A DNA stretch of 64,000 nucleotides from an uncultured Poribacteria bacterium (GTDB lineage: Bacteria > Poribacteria > WGA-4E > WGA-3G): the NCBI GenBank assembly GCA_958296135.2, contig CATQHZ020000001.1:192001-256000 (forward strand). Reading direction: 5' to 3'. The notes under the pieces are model-generated. The model saw only the letters and a program-made list of their open reading frames with translations. It made no database searches and was not told the origin of the DNA. Numbering within the stretch: position 1 is the stretch's first letter; every line of letters starts with the position of its first letter. A program made the position numbers and the translations under genes. Positions 17,601-26,687 of the stretch are shown one piece after another.

Positions 17601-20301
17601 GCAAACGGCGAAACTGCGGATTCAGGCACCATTCCCCGGCACGCTCCTCCTCACTGTGGAACGTGAGAAACTGCTCAGTTACCGTACGGTAACGTTGACA
17701 GGCAACACCGCCACGCTGGACATCCCTGTCTGGCGCGGTTACGCACCGAACGTCTACCTCTCTGCTACCTTAATCCGAGCCGCACCAGCCCCGCAACCTG
17801 GCGAGGAAAACCTTAGCGACGGCGCAACCCGCGTAAGCGGAGACGCAGGGAACGTTACCCTGAAGAAACAAGCCTTTCCGAACGCTTGGCGAAACGACGA
17901 AAAACGCGCGTTTGGAGTTATCCCGTTGACACTCGATGCCGAACGCAACCGACTCTCGATTGAGATGGATATCCCCGAAGAAGTGCGGCCGAACAGCGAG
18001 GTGGAAATCGCCTTTCAAGTGAGAGGGACGCGGCGGCAGCAGTTCCATGTGTGTATCGCCGCTGTTGATGAAGGCATCCTCGCGTTGACAGATTTCCAAA
18101 CGCCGCGCCCGCACGACTATTTTTATCGGCAACGGGGACTGGAAACGCGCACGTTCGATCTGTATGGCGCACTTTTACCCGAACGTCCGGGCGCGGTGCA
18201 GCGCGTACCGCTGCACCCCGGTGGCGATAGTCAGGCGATGGCGCAGCAGCGGGTGCGGCGGCTCAGCACTGCAAGTGCCATGCGCGTCAAACCCGTTTCA
18301 CGTTGGGCAGGTATCGTGAAAACCGACACCCGCGGCCGGGGCACTGTCCGTTTCACACTGCCGCAATTCAACGGCACCCTGCGGCTCATGGCTGTCGCGT
18401 TCGCCGGCGCGACGTACGGTGCAGCAGAAGCATCGCTCCGCGTACGCGAACCCATTGTACTCACCCCGACGTTCCCGCGCTTCCTCGCCGGCGGCGATAA
18501 GATTCGCGTGCCGGTTACACTCGCTAATGGCACCGGGGCAGATGGCACGTTCACGGTGAAACTGACAGCAACCGGGGCAGTGCAGCTGCTGGATAGCGGC
18601 GAACACCAAGTTGCTGTTGCATCGGGTGCCGAAGGACACGTCGCTTTTGACGTGCGCGCACACGATGCGATAGACACTGTCGTTTTCACCCTAGTCGCAG
18701 CGGGCAATGCCCAGACAACACATCAGGAGGTGACACTACCGCTGCGTTCCGCTACACCGCCGATAACACAGACAGGACAAGGCGTTGTCCGCGCAGGCGA
18801 ATCCGGTGATTTCGTTTTCCCTTCAAACCTGATGGCAGAATCGTCCGAATTCTCGCTGACGCTCTCGCCGTTTCCGGCCGTAACGTTCGCGGAAAGCCTA
18901 CGATACCTAATCGGATATCCTTACGGATGCGTGGAACAGACGACGAGCCGGGTCTTCCCGCTCCTCTATTTCAGCCAGCTCGCAGAAGTGGTGGAACCCA
19001 CGCTTGCGAAAGATGGCAGCGTCGAACGTTACATTCGCACCGGCATCACCAAATTGGAGAGCATGCTCCTCTCTTCCCACCATTTCGCCTACTGGCCGAA
19101 TGGCACTTACGTCAACCCATGGAGCAGTCTCTATGCAGCGCACTTCCTCGTCGAAGCACGGAAAGCAGGCTATGCTGTAGCAGACCGGGTTTATGCTGAC
19201 ATGCTCCTCGGCATGCGAGCACTCGCAAAGTTGTCCACACTGCAGAACAAGGAACCGGCGATGGAGGAACTCTCTCTCGCCGCGTACGCCTGTTATGTCC
19301 TCGCCGCCGCAGGAAAGCCCGAAAAGGGCGCAATGCACTACCTGAAAGACCGGGGACTCAGCGGCCTCAGCCAATACAGCCATTTTCAACTCGCCGGCGC
19401 GTTTGCCCTCAGCGGCGGATTGGAGACAGCCCTCTCCATGCTCCCGGTTTCTGTCTCACCCCAAACCTCCAAGAGAGAGACTGGGGGGACACTCAACTCG
19501 CCAGTTCGAGCGCAAGCCATTATGTTGGATGTGCTAGCAGAGGTGAACGAAAACCATCCCTCACTTCCAACGCTCGTTAAGAATCTGGCAGATGCCGCAT
19601 CAAAAGGGAACCGGTGGGGCACGACACAAGAGAACGCCTTCGCCTTCCTCGCGCTCGGCAAAATTATGCAGAAACAAAAGTCGCGCGACATCACCGGCAC
19701 CCTCACCCTCAACGGCGAACATTTCGCTGAACTTGACGCTACAGAAAAGCGTTACACCGACGATGCTTGGGACGGAACGAAGGTGCAACTCACAGTTGAG
19801 GGTGAAGGAGACTGCTACTATTATTGGACTGCCTTCGGCATCCCGCGCGATTCGTTTATTGAGGAATACGCCCGCGAACTGCAGGCGCGACGCCGCTATT
19901 TTGACAAACATGGCGAAGAACTGACACACACCTTCCAGCACGGCACCCTGGTCGTGGCGGAAATTACCGTAAAGGCTCTCACTGAATCGCTAGAGAACGT
20001 CGTTGTCGTAGACATGGTGCCCGCGGGGTTCGAGATTGAGAATCCGCGGCTGGAATCGCGCGCCGAGATCCCGTGGATAAAAGCAGGCGAGTTCAAACCT
20101 GACTATGTGGACATCCGGGACGATAGGCTTATCTTCTTCGGCAACTTCCCGCGCCAACGCGAACGCAAATTCTATTACGCGCTTCGCGCTGTCACGCAAG
20201 GCGAATTTATCTTGCCACCGCTCGCAGCAGAGGCAATGTATGACGCGACAAAATCTGCTGTCGCTGGCAGTCGGCGAATTGAAATTGTTGCATCGGAATA
20301 A
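14698..20301 (+). CDS. Bacterial alpha-2-macroglobulin (YfhM-like)
   Basis: YRPGETV, VEEFMPDR, AAVDEG and thioester motif YPYGCVEQTTS. Located directly upstream of pbpC. Confidence 0.92.
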   Translation: MVTKLSKTFLIGVIGLLSLIIIAGIFYIVRENTGTQTRYSVNAFTPQGDVPQWVDFSWTFSEPIVDNASIGAEVPQHAIRFTPAVEGKARWVARDSIRFTLDSPLAPSARYTVELSSRLSPSGSFVLTGRRQFAFATRRFEVTNTSFEFRYNAGRQKANAIGTIAFNYPVNIADLKAHLSILLDGDTEIPYHLLTETSTARTVTLETGEVERGREDRVLTVRIQKDFKCTGGQLGLETASVTPVILSGSGILGITYCNVEEEAGRPYIALRFSTPVPPLAAAPYLQLKQGDASNALQNVQVVEQYGDIQIHGDFKRRATYTLTIQEGLTARDDSVLKKPYTARLTIPDLPPTARFLGGHRGGAGFLAREGALNIGVATININRLELEIEKVFANNLIYLAKVEAWSRWSSRHIGTPVHEEILAVDARLNEEVTTPIPLGNYLAEDPGIFKIVVRDAEDRRVSANQWVLITDLGLLVKRIGDSLYVWVKSLETHEPVPAARVKLISENNQTLLTGTTNWAGFVKFTQNVVFDTPEMQDLTTSNRPGKATTSNQKPFMLTVAKDDDLAFLQLDRDERATADFNVAGPAYLEKGYEAFLWTGRGVYRPGETVELAGIVRGPQHTIPPPLPVHLEVLAPDGRILREARLKTLKSGACEVRIQIPAYAQTGGYIATLRIAEKVVGRTRFQVEEFMPDRMKVKVTTDKPAYTLGDTVDVEVTAVNLFGPPAAERHVEANCELTAVPLTFANWEGFTFGEPLKEVFGTQRIALGETKTDEVGKASYPWKVPEMQQPPARLRGVMTATVREVGGRAVTASHAVEIHPYSYYVGLRRAAPDAQGEPNTPMAIDVIAVDATGAGAEGRTLTLTLRKVQWNTLLRQSVQESYRQGTYAYISEAETEAVEKRTITSAAQITRVTLTPPDAGDYRVSVVDTGTGARTELGFSVGGWGWIPAAMSHPTRLDMSLDKPTYRPGQTAKLRIQAPFPGTLLLTVEREKLLSYRTVTLTGNTATLDIPVWRGYAPNVYLSATLIRAAPAPQPGEENLSDGATRVSGDAGNVTLKKQAFPNAWRNDEKRAFGVIPLTLDAERNRLSIEMDIPEEVRPNSEVEIAFQVRGTRRQQFHVCIAAVDEGILALTDFQTPRPHDYFYRQRGLETRTFDLYGALLPERPGAVQRVPLHPGGDSQAMAQQRVRRLSTASAMRVKPVSRWAGIVKTDTRGRGTVRFTLPQFNGTLRLMAVAFAGATYGAAEASLRVREPIVLTPTFPRFLAGGDKIRVPVTLANGTGADGTFTVKLTATGAVQLLDSGEHQVAVASGAEGHVAFDVRAHDAIDTVVFTLVAAGNAQTTHQEVTLPLRSATPPITQTGQGVVRAGESGDFVFPSNLMAESSEFSLTLSPFPAVTFAESLRYLIGYPYGCVEQTTSRVFPLLYFSQLAEVVEPTLAKDGSVERYIRTGITKLESMLLSSHHFAYWPNGTYVNPWSSLYAAHFLVEARKAGYAVADRVYADMLLGMRALAKLSTLQNKEPAMEELSLAAYACYVLAAAGKPEKGAMHYLKDRGLSGLSQYSHFQLAGAFALSGGLETALSMLPVSVSPQTSKRETGGTLNSPVRAQAIMLDVLAEVNENHPSLPTLVKNLADAASKGNRWGTTQENAFAFLALGKIMQKQKSRDITGTLTLNGEHFAELDATEKRYTDDAWDGTKVQLTVEGEGDCYYYWTAFGIPRDSFIEEYARELQARRRYFDKHGEELTHTFQHGTLVVAEITVKALTESLENVVVVDMVPAGFEIENPRLESRAEIPWIKAGEFKPDYVDIRDDRLIFFGNFPRQRERKFYYALRAVTQGEFILPPLAAEAMYDATKSAVAGSRRIEIVASE

Positions 20302-20402
20302 TGTGGGAAAGGGCGATGGACGGATATGGACATCCGCCTTTACAGGGAAGTGTGTGGCAGAGGCGATGTATAATACCAAACGCCTTGCGAACAACGAAAA
20401 AC

Positions 20403-22796
20403 ATGAATTGGAAAAAATGCATCAGGATAGGTATATTTGTGGTTATCGGCGTGCCTGTGTTGCTGTTCGTCCTCTTGAACGCCTGCTTTCCATTACCGGC
20501 ACGCCGACTCCATCCCCCGCCATCCGCGCTCGTTTTGGACAGAAACGGACAGGGGCTCCGCGCCTTTTTAGCAACTGATGGCATGTGGCGGATGCCCGAA
20601 CCCGAACTCAGCCGCGTCTCACCGGGGCTCACGCAAGCGGCGTTAGCGGTGGAAGATAGATGGTTTCATTATCATTGGGGTATCAACCCGGTGTCCCTCG
20701 CCGGGGCAGCGTATGATAATCTTCGCGCAGGGAAGGTGGTGCGCGGCGGCTCAACGATTACGATGCAGCTCGCGCGTTTGATGGAACCGAAAGCGCGCAC
20801 ACTGCCCAATAAGTGTGTTGAGATGTTCCGCGCCCTCCAGTTAGAACTCACCTACTCCAAATCGGAAATTTTAACCTTTTACTTTAACATGCTCCCCTAC
20901 GGCGGCAACATCGTCGGTTCGGCGGCTGCGGCGCGGCTCTATTTTAACAAACCGCAGCAGGCGATGAGCCTTGGGGAGGCAGCCCTCCTCGCCAGCATCC
21001 CGAATGCGCCGGAACATTTGCGGCCCGACAGATTCCCAAAGCGCGCCCGAACGGCGCGGAATAAAGTGCTCGCCCTTCTCCTCGCACGCAGGCAGATTGC
21101 GCAAAGCCAATGGCACGAAGCACGGCAAGAACCGATTCCCACACGGCGGCATCCGTTGCCTTTCAAGGCACCGCATCTCGCGCGGCTGCTGGCGAAAAAG
21201 CAGACACGCAAAGACGGACGGATATATACCACGATTGATGCGCACATACAAGAGACTGCCGTTCGGATACTGCAGCAAGCAGTGGAAGCACAGTATAGAA
21301 CCGGCTCGCCTGAGCACGTTAACGCTTCCACCGGTGCAGTGGTTGTAATGGATACGCAGCATCGCGAGGTGTTGGCACTCGTCGGTTCTCACGATTTTTT
21401 TGACAGCACGGCTCTAGGACAAGTCAACGGCGCGCTCGCACCGCGCTCACCCGGCTCTGCACTGAAACCTTTCGTCTACGCGCTCGCCATCGAACGGGGG
21501 GTGATAACGCCAGAGACGTTGCTCTTCGATGTACCTGTCTCCTACCGCGGCTATCGGCCCGTGAATTACGATGGCACTTACAGCGGCTACGTCTCCGCGC
21601 GCGAAGCACTGGCGCGCTCGCTCAATGTCCCAGCGGTGAATCTCGCCGCACAACTGGACACGTCGCTGGAAGGATTTCTCAAGCAGGCAGGTATCTCAAC
21701 CCTATCCGATGCCAGACGGTATGGGCTCTCAATGGTTCTCGGCGGATGTGAGGTGAATCTGTTGGAGTTGACAACGCTCTACGCCGGATTGGCAAACATG
21801 GGCGAATTCGCGCCGTATCAGCTCAGGTTCTCTGGACACACCGGGCTACGGCTCGGCACAGGGATGAACGCCCACCCTACAGAGCAAAGCGGGCCATCCT
21901 TGCTCCGTCCTGAAACGTGTTATATAGTGCTAGAGATGTTGACGACACTAGAGCGTCCCGATTTTCCAAAAGCCTCTTTTGACAGAACAGTGAATCTCCC
22001 CAAAATCGCGTGGAAAACGGGGACATCCTTCGGGCATCGAGATGCATGGAGTCTCGGCACGTCTCCAGAGTTGACGATTGGCGTATGGCTCGGCAATTTC
22101 AGTGGGAAGGGCGCGCCGAATCTCAGCGGCGCGGAAGCAGCAACGCCAATTCTCTTTGCACTTTTCAACGCGCTCACGGCGGAGAAAACACACCGATGGT
22201 TTCCGCAACCCGAAGGCGGACTCCGAGAACGGCAGGTGTGCGCGCTGAGTGGACAGCCCCCCTCAGCACAGTGTCCAGCACAGAAAACCGATGTCTATAT
22301 GCCGGGGGTTTCACCCGTCAATGTCTGTTCATTGCATCAACAGGTGTGGGTAGATAAGGCTACAGGGTATAGCGTCTGTCCGCAGTGTGCCAGTCCGAAG
22401 AATGAGAAACCTGGGAATTATGAGGAACGAGTGCTGACAGAATGGCCCGCCGAGGCGGCGACATGGTTGGCCGAAAACGGGTTTGCGGTGCCCGTGTTTC
22501 CGCCTCATAACCCCCGCTGCACCGCGCCGCGGCCCGGGGATGCTCCGGTTATCCTGTCGCCGGAAGAGGATACCGTCTATACCCTTCGCACAGGCGTGCC
22601 ACGAGAGTATCAGAAGATTCGGCTCGCTGCATCGATTTCTAATCGGACACAGGAACTTTTTTGGTTCCTTGATGGCGAGTTAGTTTCAACCGCGCCGACG
22701 TTTTTTCTCATGCCGGTTGTCGGACAGCACACGGTGACGTGTGTTGATGGCGATGGGCGCGCGACGAGTCGTCACCTTGTTATCAAAACGTGGTAG
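20403..22796 (+). CDS. pbpC: Penicillin-binding protein 1C
   Basis: EDRWF..H.G, GGSTITMQLAR, SALK, SLN, KTGTS, C-terminal PBP1C domain. ATG 20403 is preferred over 20301 because the upstream segment is REP-derived. Confidence 0.92.
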   Translation: MNWKKCIRIGIFVVIGVPVLLFVLLNACFPLPARRLHPPPSALVLDRNGQGLRAFLATDGMWRMPEPELSRVSPGLTQAALAVEDRWFHYHWGINPVSLAGAAYDNLRAGKVVRGGSTITMQLARLMEPKARTLPNKCVEMFRALQLELTYSKSEILTFYFNMLPYGGNIVGSAAAARLYFNKPQQAMSLGEAALLASIPNAPEHLRPDRFPKRARTARNKVLALLLARRQIAQSQWHEARQEPIPTRRHPLPFKAPHLARLLAKKQTRKDGRIYTTIDAHIQETAVRILQQAVEAQYRTGSPEHVNASTGAVVVMDTQHREVLALVGSHDFFDSTALGQVNGALAPRSPGSALKPFVYALAIERGVITPETLLFDVPVSYRGYRPVNYDGTYSGYVSAREALARSLNVPAVNLAAQLDTSLEGFLKQAGISTLSDARRYGLSMVLGGCEVNLLELTTLYAGLANMGEFAPYQLRFSGHTGLRLGTGMNAHPTEQSGPSLLRPETCYIVLEMLTTLERPDFPKASFDRTVNLPKIAWKTGTSFGHRDAWSLGTSPELTIGVWLGNFSGKGAPNLSGAEAATPILFALFNALTAEKTHRWFPQPEGGLRERQVCALSGQPPSAQCPAQKTDVYMPGVSPVNVCSLHQQVWVDKATGYSVCPQCASPKNEKPGNYEERVLTEWPAEAATWLAENGFAVPVFPPHNPRCTAPRPGDAPVILSPEEDTVYTLRTGVPREYQKIRLAASISNRTQELFWFLDGELVSTAPTFFLMPVVGQHTVTCVDGDGRATSRHLVIKTW

Positions 22797-22850
22797 GAGA
22801 GCTCTCCCGGTCCTGATACCGACGCGTCAAAACCGGGAGGCCTCTCCTAC
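22793..22850. repeat. REP doublet GTAGGAGAG...CTCTCCTAC between convergent genes
   Basis: Inverted pair GTAGGAGAGCTCTCCCGGT / ACCGGGAGGCCTCTCCTAC. Confidence 0.6.
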
Positions 22851-22863
22851 AGCAACATTGGGA

Positions 22864-23616
22864 CTACTGAGATTTCAACCGTCCCCAAGTCGTTGTCACC
22901 TTCCCGCGGGCGTTGACAGCGAGGGCCTTCTCCATGTTTGCCGTCACCTCTTCTGCGGTGAGCGCGACGCTCCAAATCTTGAATTCGTCTATCATGCCGT
23001 TGAAGAAGTTGGCGTTCCCTTGATTCGCGGCGATAGACATGCCTTGCGTGCCGAAGTCCATCCGCGCAGCACCGCCGGACTTCGCCTCGCCATCCACTTC
23101 GCCGTTGATATACATCACCGCATTGCTCTTGTCCTGCGTACCGACGAAGTAGTGCCATTCCGGTTCAAACCCGATTTTCTGGGTGAGTGCCTCTAACTCT
23201 GCGCCTTGCGTCGCAAAGTAGAAGCCGAATAAAACGCCGCCGCGGTTGAAGGTAATATGCGGCCGCCCACCCCCCGTGAGACGATACAGCAAATCGATGC
23301 GGTTGCCGCCCTCAATCTTGTCGTCCGGTTTGAACCAGAACTCTACCGTCATCTCCTTCGGCTCGTCAATCTTGAGCGCATCGACGTTGACGCTGCCGTT
23401 GTCAAAATGAAGGGCCTGCCCGACGACACCCTCCACCCAATCGGCGTTTTTGATGTCGCCGGTGAAGCCGTGCGGGCCGGTGTCTTCAGCTTTGTTCCCC
23501 TTCCCTTCATCGAACGGGAAATAGAGGAGGATGTCTGTGGCTTCATCGGCGGCGTGCGCATGTGTCAAGCACAGCAGGAACACAGCCGCGGTAAATAAAA
23601 AGAGAATTTTTTGCAT
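22864..23616 (-). CDS. Secreted LamG-like jellyroll protein
   Basis: Signal peptide, LYFPFDEGKG, W.....G.AL.F, WHY, MYINGE, F.G.IDEF and C-terminal TTTWG motif. Confidence 0.85.
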   Translation of the reverse strand: MQKILFLFTAAVFLLCLTHAHAADEATDILLYFPFDEGKGNKAEDTGPHGFTGDIKNADWVEGVVGQALHFDNGSVNVDALKIDEPKEMTVEFWFKPDDKIEGGNRIDLLYRLTGGGRPHITFNRGGVLFGFYFATQGAELEALTQKIGFEPEWHYFVGTQDKSNAVMYINGEVDGEAKSGGAARMDFGTQGMSIAANQGNANFFNGMIDEFKIWSVALTAEEVTANMEKALAVNARGKVTTTWGRLKSQ

Positions 23617-23653
23617 TTTCACTCCTATAAACATGTCGTGCCTAACGGCACTG

Positions 23654-24490
23654 TTATTGAACGCGCTTCAGGTGTCCCCACGTCGTCGTTAATTTCCCTG
23701 TGGGTTCAACCGCTAGCACTTCAGGGACATAATAGTTGACAATAAATTCACCCATAATCTTGCCCCAGGAAACGCCGGGGTGCGGGACATCGCCGACGTA
23801 AGCCTGCACGAAGATGCCGAGGCGGCCACCTGTGTCCTCGTTGATTAAGACAGCGGGTTCAACACGCGGGTCTTCATCGTTATTCTCGGCGAGCGCGATG
23901 TCAAGTTTCCACGCCGTCTTCGCGTAATCGTCAAGATGAAACGGATACGAGGTGTTGTACTTTTTGAGGCTCGGCACATACTTTTCGCCTTCAGCGGTGG
24001 GTGTCATCTCCACCGGATTTTCTTGCCAATTGTCGGGTCCTTTGCCTTGCCAGACGAAGGCGTTAGGAACATCAATGATGTTCGGTAAGCCTTGTTGTCC
24101 GTTCGTTTCAGCGGGGCCTTCAGACGTGTAGAAGGTATACTCGCCGGTGTTGAAAATCGTGTTGCCGGCATCGAGGAATTCTTCCAGAAGAGAACCGTCG
24201 GGTTTGGCGTTACCGGGCGGATAAATCGTTGACGGCGTAATGCCGGTGAGAATCAGCGTGTTACCGCCGCCATCGGTATGTTCTTCTACCCATTTCGCTA
24301 ACCCCTTGATATCCTTCGGGTCAAACACCGCGAGGTTTTCTCCATCAAGAATTTTGATGAGCGTGTCGATTTCCTTTTGCGCGCCTTTCGCGTCTTCGCG
24401 TGCCCACGGATGTGAGTCTGTATGTAGCGCGAAGTCGAATCCTGTGGAAAGGACGACAAACAAGAAAAGTAAACTCAGTTTTCTAGTCAT
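23654..24490 (-). CDS. Secreted hypothetical protein with C-terminal AVEPTGKLTTTWG motif
   Basis: Long ORF, signal peptide, SD GGAGG, shared C-terminal motif. Confidence 0.75.
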   Translation of the reverse strand: MTRKLSLLFLFVVLSTGFDFALHTDSHPWAREDAKGAQKEIDTLIKILDGENLAVFDPKDIKGLAKWVEEHTDGGGNTLILTGITPSTIYPPGNAKPDGSLLEEFLDAGNTIFNTGEYTFYTSEGPAETNGQQGLPNIIDVPNAFVWQGKGPDNWQENPVEMTPTAEGEKYVPSLKKYNTSYPFHLDDYAKTAWKLDIALAENNDEDPRVEPAVLINEDTGGRLGIFVQAYVGDVPHPGVSWGKIMGEFIVNYYVPEVLAVEPTGKLTTTWGHLKRVQ

Positions 24491-24573
24491 CTTCGCCTCC
24501 TATAAACATGCAGTCCGAATGGCATCGCGGGCGGAGATAGAAAGAAATCCGCCCTTACACTCGGGGTTGGACT

Positions 24574-25251
24574 TCATTGGTGTTTCAAGGCACCCCATGT
24601 GACAGCCAGTTTCCCTACCGGTTCGACGGCCGTTGGCGGAATGCCGGGTCCGTTGATTTCAACGTATTCATAAAGCACTGTTGAATCCCTACCGCCGAGC
24701 CCCGGACGGCCTTCGGCGTAGGTTTTATCCTCTGATTCAACCATCTGTTTCCCATCGATGTAGGTTCTGAGGGTTTGACCTTGGGTTTCAAAGACGAGGG
24801 TGTAAGCATCGCCGCCTTTGGTATCTTTCGAGTCTGGGCGTTGGGGACGCGGCCCGCCGGTAATCTCGTTCGCATTCCCACCTTCAAACATGAACAGCGA
24901 GGTGGTATGCGAGTTGTAACTAATTTCCATAAAATAGAAATCGACGTTGGGTTCTTGCGTCCGAACAAACAGATGGAAATAGGGCCCAGCCAGTTTTCGG
25001 GCTCGGACTTCCATGCGATAATCGGTCCAGTCATCTTCGCCGAAATAGATGCCGGAGTTTTGTCCGCCGCCGACGATGAGTTCAAGGGCACCGTTTTTCA
25101 CCTTGGCGGTTGCCTGCGGGCCCAGTTCCCAATCGGCAATCTCTTTGTCGCTGTCGAATTCGTAGCGAATTGCCTGTGCGGTATGTGCCATCAGCATGAT
25201 GAAGCACAAGCATCCGAATAGGCACAGCCGTTGGATATCATGTCTTTTCAT
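24574..25251 (-). CDS. Secreted concanavalin/DUF1080-like beta-sandwich protein
   Basis: Signal peptide, WTDY..E, YIDGK, D.TY..G..GLG and C-terminal AVEPVGKLAVTWG. Confidence 0.7.
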   Translation of the reverse strand: MKRHDIQRLCLFGCLCFIMLMAHTAQAIRYEFDSDKEIADWELGPQATAKVKNGALELIVGGGQNSGIYFGEDDWTDYRMEVRARKLAGPYFHLFVRTQEPNVDFYFMEISYNSHTTSLFMFEGGNANEITGGPRPQRPDSKDTKGGDAYTLVFETQGQTLRTYIDGKQMVESEDKTYAEGRPGLGGRDSTVLYEYVEINGPGIPPTAVEPVGKLAVTWGALKHQ

Positions 25252-25485
25252 CGCAATGTCCTCCTTTGTCAATAGGACTGACGCGGCACCACCCCCTACC
25301 GGGGCTTGTAGGTTTTTGCGTCAGGCCTGGCCAGTGAGAGAGATAACTTTTCAGTTCATGCCGTGAAAAATTGAGACATCGTTTGAACAGCGCGCTGTAA
25401 ATGCAACTACAACGCGAGGTTGATACGTTAATTTACCAAAAAACGCAATTAACGTCAACATGAAATTGCCGCAGCCCCTATCCCC

Positions 25486-25854
25486 TCATTGCCGCAGGGC
25501 GGCTATCATCAGACATGCCCATCCGGCAATGAATGCCAGGCCGCCAATCGGCGTAATTGCCCCAAGCCAGCGAATACCGGTGAGACTCAGCACGTAGAGA
25601 CTCCCTGAGAAAATCAGGATGCCGACGATAAAGCACCATCCCGATGCAGTGATGAACGGTGTCTGCCATTGCGTGTCTGCCCACGCAGCGGCGATGAGGG
25701 CAAGGCTATGATACATCTGATAACGGACTGCGACTTCAAACGTCTCCAGCATTTCGGGTGACAGCGTATTGCGGAGCGCGTGCGCGCCAAACGCGCCAAA
25801 AACAACGGCGAGCAACCCGAAACCTGAACCGAATATAAATAAAAGGTTGGGCAT
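25486..25854 (-). CDS. DUF423 (YgdD/TMEM256) membrane protein
   Basis: GAFGAH, YQMYH, FSGSLY, LGAITPIGG. Confidence 0.9.
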   Translation of the reverse strand: MPNLLFIFGSGFGLLAVVFGAFGAHALRNTLSPEMLETFEVAVRYQMYHSLALIAAAWADTQWQTPFITASGWCFIVGILIFSGSLYVLSLTGIRWLGAITPIGGLAFIAGWACLMIAALRQ

Positions 25855-25883
25855 TGTTTCTTCTCCTTAACCACCTCGTGGCC

Positions 25884-26555
25884 TGTAGCGCGAGGACCAA
25901 TCCCCCGCGAGTGCCGTTCTTCGTCCCGTAGCGCGAGGGCCCGGCGATCGCAAATCGCCGAGGGTTTCCCTCGCGATCCCCCGACCTGAGCGAAAACCGT
26001 CCGCATCCCCGCGGCCCCTGCCGTTTTCTGGTGCGATCGATGCCTGGCGAGGGACAGGCCCTCGCCCTACGGTATCAATGGCTTGTTCTGTTCCGTAGGG
26101 CGAGGGCCCGGCGATCGCGAATCGCCGAGGGTTTCCCTCGCGATCCCCCGACCTGAGCGAAAACCGTCCGCATCCCCGCGGCCCCTGCCGTTTTCTGTGA
26201 CGCTCGCTGCCTGGCGAGGGACAGTGGACATCTCTGCAGCGAGGCGGCAGAGATGACAACGTTTCGGCGTGACGGCCCTCGCCCTACGGTATCAATGGCT
26301 TGTTCTGTTCCAGAGCGCGAGGGCCCGGCGATCGCGAATCGCCGAGGGTTTCCCTCGCGATCCCCCGACCTGAGCGAAAACCGTCCGCATCCCCGAGGCC
26401 CCTGCCGTTTTCTGGTGCGATCGATGCATGGCGAGGGACAGTGGACATCTCTGCAGCGAGGCGGCAGAGATGACAACGTTTCGGCGTGACGGCCCTCGCC
26501 CTACGGTATCAATGGCTTGTTCTGTTCCAGAGCGCGAGGGCCTGTCCCTCGCAAT
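25884..26555. repeat. REPIN/BIME-like array (about three units of 170-220 bp)
   Basis: Repeated GTAGCGCGAGGGCC...TCCCTCGCGATC and inverted GGCGAGGGACAG...GCCCTCGCCCTAC with conserved linkers. Confidence 0.9.
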
Positions 26556-26687
26556 CCCTCCACCTGAATGGCGGTTAATGCTATTATACCTTAAATCGGC
26601 AGCATTTACCAAAAAAATCTTGACATTTTCGTCACACTTTGCTAAAATAGATTAGTTTAATAGCAAAAGGAGAAATTTTTAACCCGC

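Noticed and set aside
25884-26555. CRISPR array or coding ORFs in the repeat region
   Set aside because: Long composite palindromic units with conserved linkers. The ORFs are repeat translations that recur at every array.
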